The position numbers and the translations under genes were made by a program. From a virus, in the IMG/VR virus record IMGVR_UViG_3300045988_157568: a DNA stretch of 64,000 nt. One strand, written 5' to 3'. Positions within the stretch are counted from its first letter, which is position 1. The number at the start of each line of letters is the position of its first letter. Below the pieces are notes generated by a model. That model saw only the letters and a program-made list of their open reading frames with translations, was not told where the DNA came from and did not search any database. Positions 33,832-43,000 of this stretch are shown here, in pieces.

Positions 33832-33939
33832 CTAATAAGGTAGCCTTGCTAACCAATATAAAAAACTAAGCATAATAAAAGTTATAAATATCGCAAGGAT
33901 TAGCAACCCCAACATATACTCCCTAAACTTCTTACCCAC
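33832..33939 (-). CDS. 35-aa single-TM mini-protein (not in ORF track)
   Basis: GTG 33939 after AGGTGA; VGKKFREYMLGLLILAIFITFIMLSFLYWLARLPY. Alternative ATG 8 codons in. Confidence 0.3.
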   Translation of the reverse strand: MGKKFREYMLGLLILAIFITFIMLSFLYWLARLPY

Positions 33940-33947
33940 AATATCAC

Positions 33948-34469
33948 CTACATTCTTCCGACATTATGCAGACGAGTTTCTTCTGAAAAATCATTTGTCC
34001 TTCTTGTAACTTCCCTACTTAATAAGAATATTGCGTCATCAATATTCTCAATTTGCAATCTAAGGATTGACAATTTCTTTGTCAAGTCAATGTATTCTTC
34101 ATATAAAGGTTTTACTTGTGGCTCTTGTACCACAAGTCTTTCCTTTGCTGACTCTGCCATTTTAGCAGGTAAGTCTTTATAATATTCTATACTTAATTCA
34201 AGGTACTTTCTCTTTGCTTCTTCAACAAAGATTTCCATACGCCCGACTAAAGTACGCATATACATCTTTTGTTGAGTGAAAGCATTGAGGTGTTCACCAA
34301 GTTGTTTTGCCGTCAACTCTGTTATTTGTGCAGGTAAGCTCAAATTATCTGAATTTATATGTAATGAATTATTGTCAGGCTCAAAGAGGGTTACACCCTT
34401 ATCCTTTAGACTGCCTTCCATTCGTTGCATATAACTCTGACGTGCTTTTACAGGGTTAAATTTTGGCAT
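33948..34469 (-). CDS. hypothetical coiled-coil protein (173 aa)
   Basis: ORF immediately downstream of the Cas4-like nuclease. Confidence 0.6.
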   Translation of the reverse strand: MPKFNPVKARQSYMQRMEGSLKDKGVTLFEPDNNSLHINSDNLSLPAQITELTAKQLGEHLNAFTQQKMYMRTLVGRMEIFVEEAKRKYLELSIEYYKDLPAKMAESAKERLVVQEPQVKPLYEEYIDLTKKLSILRLQIENIDDAIFLLSREVTRRTNDFSEETRLHNVGRM

Positions 34470-34483
34470 ACGTCATCACTCCT

Positions 34484-35407
34484 TTAATTCCAACAAGCAA
34501 TTCTATAATTGCACCAACGGCAACAATCATCTGTCTTTTTACTTGCAATACGAGGTGGTACTTCACCTTTTGCAATATAATCGTTCAGGCTCTTATAATC
34601 ATTAAGTATCTCTGTCATTAAGCCTTCCGCTTCTTTGCTCTTTGACGAAATAACAAACTCTTTCAAGTCCTGTGTGTTCTTATTCTCATAAAGAAATACT
34701 GCTTCTGTAACTGGCTGTTTCAAGCGATATAGAATATTATCAAACAGATTATGCAACTGGCACTGATATTGTATCTTTTCTTCACGAGAATACTTTGAAC
34801 CACCCTTTAGGTGCTGATACAACTCTGCATATTCGGCAAATCTCTTTGTCTTACTACGCTTAAACTGTAAGATATTCTTATACCTTCTGTGCAACTCTTG
34901 TCTACGTTGCTCCGCACAATAAACATAAACAAGCCCCTGTCGCTTATGTTCAGGCTTAGGCTCTTTCAAAGAGCTAAAGCCCCTATCATTTATGGACTTG
35001 ATTTCAAGAATGGCTATTCTTTCAGTATAACCCTTTTCATTCAAAGGTGTTAATGCAAGCACACCGTCAGTATGCCCCTGTATATTATACTCCACATTAT
35101 GTACAGGTAGCTCGTCCATAAGTAGAATACCCATATCCTTTAGATACCCTTGCAATCTTTCGTGTACCCCTGTACCATTGTCAAAGATACGTTGTGAACG
35201 AGGTGATATACTGTTAGGGTCAGCTTGTACACACTGTGTTCTTGCATAATATCTTTCACGAGGACATCTGCCGACTTGTGACGGAGCATTTACATCAATC
35301 GCTCTGTTTTCGTCTGCTTCATTAGCCTTTTTAGCTAAATACAAGTCCAAGTCTTTAATCACATACCCTTCATTTTTCATAGCGTCAAATAAATTCTTTA
35401 AAGCCAT
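34484..35407 (-). CDS. Cas4/RecB-like PD-(D/E)xK exonuclease with Fe-S cysteine cluster
   Basis: N-terminal CPRERYY, GHTDGVL, LEIKSI core, C-terminal CCRWCNYRIAC. Confidence 0.65.
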   Translation of the reverse strand: MALKNLFDAMKNEGYVIKDLDLYLAKKANEADENRAIDVNAPSQVGRCPRERYYARTQCVQADPNSISPRSQRIFDNGTGVHERLQGYLKDMGILLMDELPVHNVEYNIQGHTDGVLALTPLNEKGYTERIAILEIKSINDRGFSSLKEPKPEHKRQGLVYVYCAEQRRQELHRRYKNILQFKRSKTKRFAEYAELYQHLKGGSKYSREEKIQYQCQLHNLFDNILYRLKQPVTEAVFLYENKNTQDLKEFVISSKSKEAEGLMTEILNDYKSLNDYIAKGEVPPRIASKKTDDCCRWCNYRIACWN

Positions 35408-35634
35408 TTCTTGCACCAACCTTCCTTAAATATGTTTATCAATCTTACACTTCTGTTCAGACTAAAATTGCCTAAAAGAAGTCCGATAACAGACAGCCAC
35501 TCAAAAGCGGTAAATAGTATGTAACTTTTCTTAAAGCACACTATTGCATAGACTATAACTGTTGCTACTGTAAATAATCTAAACAGCACACATAATATAT
35601 TTGTTACTTTTATGTATCTCGATACATCTTTCAT
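35398..35634 (-). CDS. small two-TM membrane protein
   Basis: Hydrophobic 78-aa ORF. First listed of three consecutive overlapping membrane ORFs. Confidence 0.55.
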   Translation of the reverse strand: MKDVSRYIKVTNILCVLFRLFTVATVIVYAIVCFKKSYILFTAFEWLSVIGLLLGNFSLNRSVRLINIFKEGWCKKWL

Positions 35635-35635
35635 T

Positions 35636-35875
35636 TTATTTATCCTCCTTTTTCTTAAAGAAAATTCTTAGAAATACACGCATACCTACTAAGCGTATAA
35701 TACCTGTGATAGTGCAAATAATTGCATTAATCATTGTCATATTAAAAGATAGCACATCTTTTTCTACAAAGAATATCGCCCCGAAAATAACCATTAGTGC
35801 ACCTGCAAACATACAAAGTTTTTCACTCACATTGATGATAAGACTTAGGGTATATAATTTCGTTGGTTTATCCAT
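35636..35875 (-). CDS. small membrane protein
   Basis: 79 aa. Its ATG overlaps the upstream TAA (TAATG 35873-35877). Confidence 0.55.
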   Translation of the reverse strand: MDKPTKLYTLSLIINVSEKLCMFAGALMVIFGAIFFVEKDVLSFNMTMINAIICTITGIIRLVGMRVFLRIFFKKKEDK

Positions 35876-36114
35876 TACTCTGTCACCGCCCTGCACTTAA
35901 ACACTGATGTGAATATAAATGTCATCTGTACTATCTGTAATATTATAAATGATAGTACACTGACAATATTATAGTTTAAACCGAGTGTTTTATTAAGTAG
36001 CCACCCCATAAATACACTTATGCCGACAATAACCACTGACATAAGTGCTATGATTATAAGTAGAGCAAAAAGTATCTTACTTACATATGCAATATTAAAT
36101 TCATCTCTGTTCAT
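35875..36114 (-). CDS. small membrane protein
   Basis: 79 aa, start ATG 36114 after GGAGG. Confidence 0.55.
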   Translation of the reverse strand: MNRDEFNIAYVSKILFALLIIIALMSVVIVGISVFMGWLLNKTLGLNYNIVSVLSFIILQIVQMTFIFTSVFKCRAVTE

Positions 36115-36574
36115 TATTAATTTCCTCCACACATTCTAAGAAGTCAGACCATTTAAGAACCGCCAACTTGTCACCTGACAAAGCCCACTCAACAATCATA
36201 GGTTGATTATGTATCATAAACTGCTTCTTATCAACATACAGACTTTCAAGTTGTTGATATATTTTCTTAGATAGCTTACTTTCAGCCAAATCATAATAAG
36301 CTACAACCGCCATTTTATCCTTACCATTGCATAAATCAACAGACATTACAGGTAAGCGGAAATTCTCTTTAAGAGCTTCTTTACTTATCTTTGTCCACGT
36401 TTTTAGTGTCAAAGGGTAAGCTGGCTTTTCTGTTACCTTACACTCTACGAGGAACAGGTCACTTTTAACGTCCCCTTTTGCCCCCCATAAAGCCCCTGAC
36501 GCTGGTGTAACCTTACCGCCAAGTTCATTTGCTACTCTTTTTTCTTGTATTTGACTCTTTTTTCTTACGTCCAT
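36101..36574 (-). CDS. PD-(D/E)xK nuclease, resolvase-like
   Basis: EKRVANELGGKVTPASGA...GDVKSDLFLVECK pattern, similar to 26223..26681. Confidence 0.5.
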   Translation of the reverse strand: MDVRKKSQIQEKRVANELGGKVTPASGALWGAKGDVKSDLFLVECKVTEKPAYPLTLKTWTKISKEALKENFRLPVMSVDLCNGKDKMAVVAYYDLAESKLSKKIYQQLESLYVDKKQFMIHNQPMIVEWALSGDKLAVLKWSDFLECVEEINNEQR

Positions 36575-36824
36575 TAATTTCGCTCCCATTCTTAAAAGAT
36601 AATATATCTCTGTTTTTCGCTCCTTTTATCACTTCCCAGTAAAGGCAATAGGAAGTGGTATCAGTGTGTATCATATCATATTCAAGCACATTTGGGTTTT
36701 GACAAAGTTCTTCTTCATCACCCACCGCCTGATAAAAGTGTTCACAATTTAAGCAAGACATAACATAACTGTTGCCTTTGGCTTTATTCTTAAAATCCTT
36801 AAAACCACGCCCTGTTATCTTCAT
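36525..36824 (-). CDS. small Cys-containing protein (99 aa)
   Basis: CLNCEHF...C; basic tail overlaps the next gene. Confidence 0.5.
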   Translation of the reverse strand: MKITGRGFKDFKNKAKGNSYVMSCLNCEHFYQAVGDEEELCQNPNVLEYDMIHTDTTSYCLYWEVIKGAKNRDILSFKNGSEINGRKKKESNTRKKSSK

Positions 36825-38959
36825 CTGCTAATCACTCTTTCCATTACTTCTGTCTTTAACTTCTCAAAGAGGTTTTCATCTTCTGATAGAGCCTTTACAA
36901 GTGCTGGAATACCTTGATACTTATTATCCGCATAATAGAACCAAGCACCTTTTCTCTCAATTATACCCCACTCAACACCGAGCATAATGATTGACTTATT
37001 ATTGTCATTGTAGTTAGGTGTAACTCCTGCTTCGTTCTCTGAATAGTAGAAGTCAAAACTACCTTCTTGATTACGGCGGTAAGTCTTGTTCTTTTCTATT
37101 TTGAATTTAACAACTTGTCCGATAATCTCTTTGTTTGTGCCTGTACCCTGCACAATCCAGTCACCACGTCTAAATCTTATAGCCACTGACTGAACAAAGC
37201 CGTTAGCCCTTCCTCCGGGGGTATTATGTACAACAACACCATTTATAGTACCACCTGCAAGGAAATTATGATAACCGTCAACCTTTATATCATATCTATG
37301 TCTTTTCTTTAACTGTTTCTTTGAAGCAAGTCTAACACTTATAACTCGTGAATATTCCTTCTGCCACTGTGGGTTATTATGTAATTCAAAATCTATATAA
37401 TAGCCTTTGTACTTATCAGGTAGCTTGTACTGCATACATTCAGGTATATAAGTCTTTATCTGCTCAAAAATCAACGCTGATGACGAGCTGTTTATGCGTA
37501 TCAAACCGTCTTTCCTAAAATTTGCAACAATACCTAACTGTCCCAAAGCGTCACATATTCTTTGCAATCTGTCAGGGTACTTAGCAAAACGCTTAACACT
37601 TATAAGCATTGCAGAGCTATCTGTGTCTAAACAACCGTCGTCCATATACCATACAGCCATTCCCAAATAGCTAAAGTGTCTTGATATAAAATAGTAAGGG
37701 TCACGTTGTGGTAGTGACTTCTTTATCTTCATTAACTGAACAGACGGTTTTGAGTGCCAAATACTTTTGCCTTCTGTCTTTTTAAAAGGCATTAAAGCAT
37801 TTAGCTTATTCACTTTCCATTCAGCATATTCAGGGTTTACACTATCTTGCAATCTCAATAATGCAGTATTTGAGTTTTTATGTGTACTATATAAGGTACT
37901 ATCACCCGACAAAGTACCATATAGAAAGTCACCTAAAGTGCCGTTTATGTAATTTTGATATTTTGTTACCAACTTATCTGCCATTGTTATATCCTGTGCT
38001 GGTTTCCAACCAGTATCAGTTAAAACTTTATGGTCGTATGTAACTGTTATACCAAATCTGCCATTCCTACTGCCGATACCTTTTGACTCAATGTGATAAT
38101 ATTCATCATCTGTATCTATCACACCATTGTCACGCCAGTCAACAATATCTTTGGCTTCAAATTCACCTGTTTTCTCATTCAAAGCCCAAACTTGCCCTTG
38201 TATTTTATTTTCCACAATTTCACCAATAGGTAGACATCTGCCGTCAACCAAAGGTATTTTCGTGTCATAATGTAAACAGTATTCGGGATTTCCATAGCTA
38301 CCTATTTTCTCTCTTAGCTGATTTACACATATAAGAGTAAAAGGCTCATTACCTTCTCTAACTAACTTGTTATTAAAAGCCTGATACTTACGGAAAAATT
38401 CGCCAAGCAGTTTAGGTACTAAGCCCATTTGTACTGACTCCTCCATTTTACTATCCTGCTCTTTTGTCGGAGATAGTGCAGCAATAGAGTCAATAACGGC
38501 TAATTGTACAAGACCACTACTTTCCATATCTATTACTATCTGTGTAGCTTCTTCTAAGCCAACTGGACGGCTATATAAAAGCTCGTCCGTATCTACACCA
38601 CAAGCTCTTAAATATTCTTCCGTTGTAGTTGCTTCAACATCAATAAATGCACACTTATAACCCATTTTTTGAGCGTTTCTTACAATGTGAGCACATTGCG
38701 TTGATTTAGTAGTAGATAAGCCACCTGAAATTTCAGTATATCTACCGACTGGTATACCACCACCTAAAGCTACATCTAAAGCCACACTGCCTGTGGGTAT
38801 TCTTTTTATTACTTCATTATCACCTGACGGAACACCTAAAGTGACTGCATTGTCACCAAACTTTTTATTAATACTGTCTAACAGTCTTTGCATTTCTGCA
38901 CTGTTAGACTTCTTTGACGTTTCTTTCTTTGGTGTTTCCTTCTTTTGCTTTAGTGCCAT
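36821..38959 (-). CDS. recA: RecA-family recombinase interrupted by an intein
   Basis: Extein aligns with E. coli RecA blocks (LDVALGGGIPVGRYTEISG, CAFIDVE, AVIDSIAAL, ICVNQLREKIG..GNPE / T.GG). ATG 38959 overlaps the stop of the RHH gene. Confidence 0.85.
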   Translation of the reverse strand: MALKQKKETPKKETSKKSNSAEMQRLLDSINKKFGDNAVTLGVPSGDNEVIKRIPTGSVALDVALGGGIPVGRYTEISGGLSTTKSTQCAHIVRNAQKMGYKCAFIDVEATTTEEYLRACGVDTDELLYSRPVGLEEATQIVIDMESSGLVQLAVIDSIAALSPTKEQDSKMEESVQMGLVPKLLGEFFRKYQAFNNKLVREGNEPFTLICVNQLREKIGSYGNPEYCLHYDTKIPLVDGRCLPIGEIVENKIQGQVWALNEKTGEFEAKDIVDWRDNGVIDTDDEYYHIESKGIGSRNGRFGITVTYDHKVLTDTGWKPAQDITMADKLVTKYQNYINGTLGDFLYGTLSGDSTLYSTHKNSNTALLRLQDSVNPEYAEWKVNKLNALMPFKKTEGKSIWHSKPSVQLMKIKKSLPQRDPYYFISRHFSYLGMAVWYMDDGCLDTDSSAMLISVKRFAKYPDRLQRICDALGQLGIVANFRKDGLIRINSSSSALIFEQIKTYIPECMQYKLPDKYKGYYIDFELHNNPQWQKEYSRVISVRLASKKQLKKRHRYDIKVDGYHNFLAGGTINGVVVHNTPGGRANGFVQSVAIRFRRGDWIVQGTGTNKEIIGQVVKFKIEKNKTYRRNQEGSFDFYYSENEAGVTPNYNDNNKSIIMLGVEWGIIERKGAWFYYADNKYQGIPALVKALSEDENLFEKLKTEVMERVISR
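37223..38278 (-). mobile_element. Intein (352 aa) with LAGLIDADG homing-endonuclease domain in RecA
   Basis: Begins CLHYDTKIPLVDG after GNPEY and ends GVVVHN followed by T. LAGLIDADG-type blocks LYGTLSGDS and LGMAVWYMDDGC. Confidence 0.85.
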
Positions 38960-39138
38960 TATTCCAAACACTCCCCTTCATACAAATCTCTTATTTCATA
39001 ATCGCCGTCACTCTCAAGCTGATTTATAAGAGCAGTTATGATATAATCAGTGACAGAAACATCTGCGTCCACTGCCACCTTACCAACACGCTTATAAATA
39101 CTTTCGGGTATTTGACAATTTAGTCTGTGTAGTTTCAC
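38959..39138 (-). CDS. ribbon-helix-helix (CopG/Arc-like) protein, 59 aa (not in ORF track)
   Basis: GTG 39138 after AAGGAG (8 nt); VKLHRLNCQIPESIYKRVGKVAVDADVSVTDYIITALINQLE.... Its TAA overlaps the recA ATG. Confidence 0.55.
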   Translation of the reverse strand: MKLHRLNCQIPESIYKRVGKVAVDADVSVTDYIITALINQLESDGDYEIRDLYEGECLE

Positions 39139-39169
39139 AATATTCGCTCCTTTCTGCTTTGTAATTACT

Positions 39170-39220
39170 ATTTTACACTATGTTTTCCCTTGTGTCAAGA
39201 GAAATTTGTGCATATGCACA
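39170..39220 (-). promoter_or_regulatory. SigA-type promoter with a perfect 14-bp palindromic operator upstream
   Basis: TTGACA = 39193-39198, TAAAAT = 39170-39175, 17-nt spacer. TGTGCATATGCACA at 39207-39220. Confidence 0.7.
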
Positions 39221-39258
39221 TTTTCATTAAAATACACAAAATTTGCAAATAAAAATTA

Positions 39259-39960
39259 TTACTTTTTCTTTAGATTAAATGTATACTCTTTACTGCGTTT
39301 CAGCCGATTTTCAAGAGTATTCTTTTGGAATGGTTTTATCCAAACCCTTTTACCACTCTTATACGTCCTATAATGACCTTTAACACCAAATGAATAGGTA
39401 CACTTATTATAATGCCTTTTAACCTGCTTTTTGCCTGTCTTAACGTCACTTACGAATTTATTAAGTCTTATTATCTGCGTTTGTATAAGTTTAGACTGGG
39501 ACTTAGACTTGCCTTTCTTCTTTTTCTTCTTAACTTCCTTTTCAACATACTCTACTAATTCAGGCTCAAAATTCGCCATAAAGTAGGTTACATATGTTAC
39601 ATAGTAAATCATACAAAAACCCAACTTTTCTTCAATGTCACTTAAAGGACGGTCACACGATATGCCCCAAGAAAAACTCACCATTCCATTGTCAGTTATA
39701 CTGTCTATCTTATGAAATGAACAATCAGGTAACTTTGTAGATGACTCTTTGCATTTAAAATTGCTTAAATGTACCACGCCGTCATCTGTGAATTTCATAT
39801 CAAAAGTCGCCCAAGTGCTATTGCCATATAACCCTGCAAACTCACATTCCATTGTAAACTCTCTTAATACTACTGGCAATTCATTTATTTTGACATTGTT
39901 TTTGTATAGCCAATTAGCTATAAACTCGTATGAGTCTACACTACATAGTATCTTGTCCAT
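39259..39960 (-). CDS. hypothetical protein with poly-lysine tract (233 aa)
   Basis: KKKKKKGKSKSQSK internal tract; no family recognised. Confidence 0.6.
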   Translation of the reverse strand: MDKILCSVDSYEFIANWLYKNNVKINELPVVLREFTMECEFAGLYGNSTWATFDMKFTDDGVVHLSNFKCKESSTKLPDCSFHKIDSITDNGMVSFSWGISCDRPLSDIEEKLGFCMIYYVTYVTYFMANFEPELVEYVEKEVKKKKKKGKSKSQSKLIQTQIIRLNKFVSDVKTGKKQVKRHYNKCTYSFGVKGHYRTYKSGKRVWIKPFQKNTLENRLKRSKEYTFNLKKK

Positions 39961-39995
39961 TTCTTTCTATCCCTTTCTACCGCTAATTTAGGTAT

Positions 39996-40024
39996 ATTAT
40001 ACATCATATTTAAACATAGTGCAA
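39996..40024 (-). promoter_or_regulatory. SigA-type promoter
   Basis: TTGCAC = 40019-40024, TATAAT = 39996-40001, 17-nt spacer. Confidence 0.7.
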
Positions 40025-40059
40025 ATAAAGGATATTCCTCGTTTCGTGAGGAATATCCT
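40021..40059 (-). terminator. Rho-independent terminator whose U-tract overlaps the next -35
   Basis: 12-bp stem aggatattcctc / gaggaatatcct (40029-40059), 7-nt loop, followed on the minus strand by TTTATTTGCAC. Lies just after the polA stop. Confidence 0.75.
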
Positions 40060-40065
40060 TTTGGA

Positions 40066-43000
40066 CTACTTTGCTTCTTGATAACTGTCACCGCTATCCC
40101 ACGCTGTTAGCATAGGGAGGTTTAACTCTACATTATCACCGAATGGGTGTTCCATATAAGCCTTTGCTTTAGCTATACAGTCATCAACATACTTTTCGGG
40201 GCACTCAAACACAACTTCGTCGTGAATTTGCAAAATCATATCTGCACCAACACTCTTAAACCAAGGGTCAGCATTTATACGATTTTGTGCCGACATTGTA
40301 ATATCCGCTGCACTACCTTGAATACAGCTGTTTACCGACAATCTTTCACAATATGCTTTAGCCTTAAAATCGTGACTGTTTATATCAGGTAGTCTACGTT
40401 TTCTTCTTAGCAATGTTTGTACATAACCATTCTTATGTGCAAATCGTTTCTGTTTCTGCATAAAAGTTGTAATACCGCTGTACGCTTCAAAGTATTTGTC
40501 AATGTATGCCTGTGCCACTTCTTCACCAGTCTTAACGTGGTACTTTTCAAGGTACTCTTTACCACTTAAATCAATCGGGCTGTATGGGTCATCTTTCAAG
40601 TTATTATACAAGGTGTATGCTCCACCGCCGTACATCAACAAGAAATTAATTACTTTCGCTGCTTGTCTTAGGTGAGGGTACTTCTTTTTCACATCTTCAA
40701 TAGGACAATCCAATTCAAACATATTGACCGCCGTTGACGAGTGAGTATCAGAACCGCTTAAAAACATATTCATAAGGTTTGTGTCTTTACTATTTGATAC
40801 AAGTATATTATTTGCAAAATAATTGTGATTAACAGGTACTTCTAAGTCATATCCCGATTGTGTCAAAGATTTTGAGAATAGTCTATCCCCTTCTTTAACC
40901 TGCTCTATGGATATTATCTTTACTTCTGTTACATCTTTATGTTCGACATTCCACTGATATGTTTCCAAACTATTTTGCAAGAATTTTGGGAATTTGTAAG
41001 CCATACACTTTGGTGTATAAGGTGCTATTGCATTAAGAAAGTTTAAAGCATTATCACCACTACAAGATATGCCACCCTTAATTCTATTGAATTTTAAGTT
41101 GTATTCATTAAATTTATCACTTAGCACTTTAAAGGCTTCATCAGATAAATTCTCTCTTGCTATGGTTACATAATAACCTTTTGTATCTGAACATCTATTG
41201 TCGTGACCTAAACAACCGTCATCTAAATACCATATAGCTAAGGACTTTAAATTAAGACTACTAAGTAATTCAGCATTTATCTGCTTATGTTTTTTACCGT
41301 CCGAATTAGTAAAGTATCTCTTTAGCTTGCGTATAAATGGGTTTGCTCCTATAATTGCCTTGTGCATTTTACCTTCTTCTTGTATAGTCCCAGTTACAAA
41401 ATCTTTTAATAACCTATACTTCCACATCAAATAATCGTATTGTTTTTGAGAATGATAGAATGTTAAGTTATCACTTCTTTTTACAAAATTACTATCACCT
41501 AAAGACATTCCTATTACAAGGTCTTTTAGGTCATTTTCTATGCAAGGTGCATTAAAGTAAATGGTATCACCAACTTTTAAATCACGAGCTAACTTTTTAC
41601 CTTCCGTAGTAAATATGCTATGATTATGGGTTACAATAAGTCTGCTATCATCACCGTCATTTGTTATCCTTAACCAATCCTTAAACTCTCCCCTGTATTG
41701 TGGTTTATCATATAATGCTGATTTACCATTTTTCCAAAAATCTGAAACAGGCATATTTTGTATCTTACCTGTTTCAAAATTATACGACTTAACATATACA
41801 GGCTCACACTTTTGTACTAAAGTGCCTATTTCTGTTGAACCGCCGTCAGCTAAAGCTATTGGCATATTTCTTTGAATACAATAATGTGTTAGCACTCGCA
41901 TTTCAAGGTTGTTATAGTCACCTGCTATTATCTTCTTTCTCTTTACTGTACAACCCTTTTCAACTGCACCGCCTGTATAATCTCTTACCCAGTCACCATT
42001 TTTATCCGCAACATATTCACTGCCGATAAACAAGCTACGAATTTGATACTTGTCATCATCTTCCGCTTTAGGTAGCTGTTGTAGGTTTGGAGAAGAACAA
42101 TTATGAACGCATATCTCATTAGCAATGAAATTATGGTAGTCCCTCACTTCCAAGTCATAAACGTGCTTAACTCCAACTGGCACTATTTTTATGATTTTAT
42201 AGTTAGGACTTTCTGCTTCTGACAGTACCTTATGTGGTACTCTTAACTGCTCTGTTTTAACTTTACCCTCTGCTGCTAATTTCTTTCCGTGATACCTTGC
42301 GTGTTCTGCTTTAGTCATTAGCATTAGATTAGATATTCTGTTATCTTGCTTATCACCATTCTTATGGTGTATGTGAATATCAGAATTATCACATTTAAAG
42401 AAGTCTCTTTTAATTATAAGTTGTTCTTGCTCCATATATTTATTTGCACCATATATATGAGGTCTGTTATCTACAATAGAACGTCTTAAATGAAATACCT
42501 TACGGCTATCTGTATCTTTAAGTAAATCTATGGCACTACACCAACCATTATGCGTTAGTATTTTATGTTCAGGTGTACATATCAAGCTACCTGTGTTATG
42601 TGTTCCGTCACTTTTCCAAGTGGCCTCCACACACTCTCTGTAACCGTTATCATATACATTAGTTACTTCTGATATTCGCACTCTACCATTATCATCATAG
42701 CAATATACTAAATCACCTGCAACTATATCCTTTATAGGTTTTCTACCACCTACACAAGTAATTAAAGTGTTTTCTTCAATACACGAGATACGTCCACTAT
42801 CTGTACCGAGTATGTTAAATGAAGGGTGTGCCTTTCCGTCACTATAAAGCTGTTCGCTCAACCCTTCCATAAAAGCACTGCTTAACTTTTCCAACTTCTT
42901 ATATGCAAGAAGTTTTCTACATAGCTCCACACCCTCCTGCTTTCTCTTGACCTTGAATGTTTGCTTACAAAGTTTTAGCAAGACTGCTGTGTTTGCTTGT

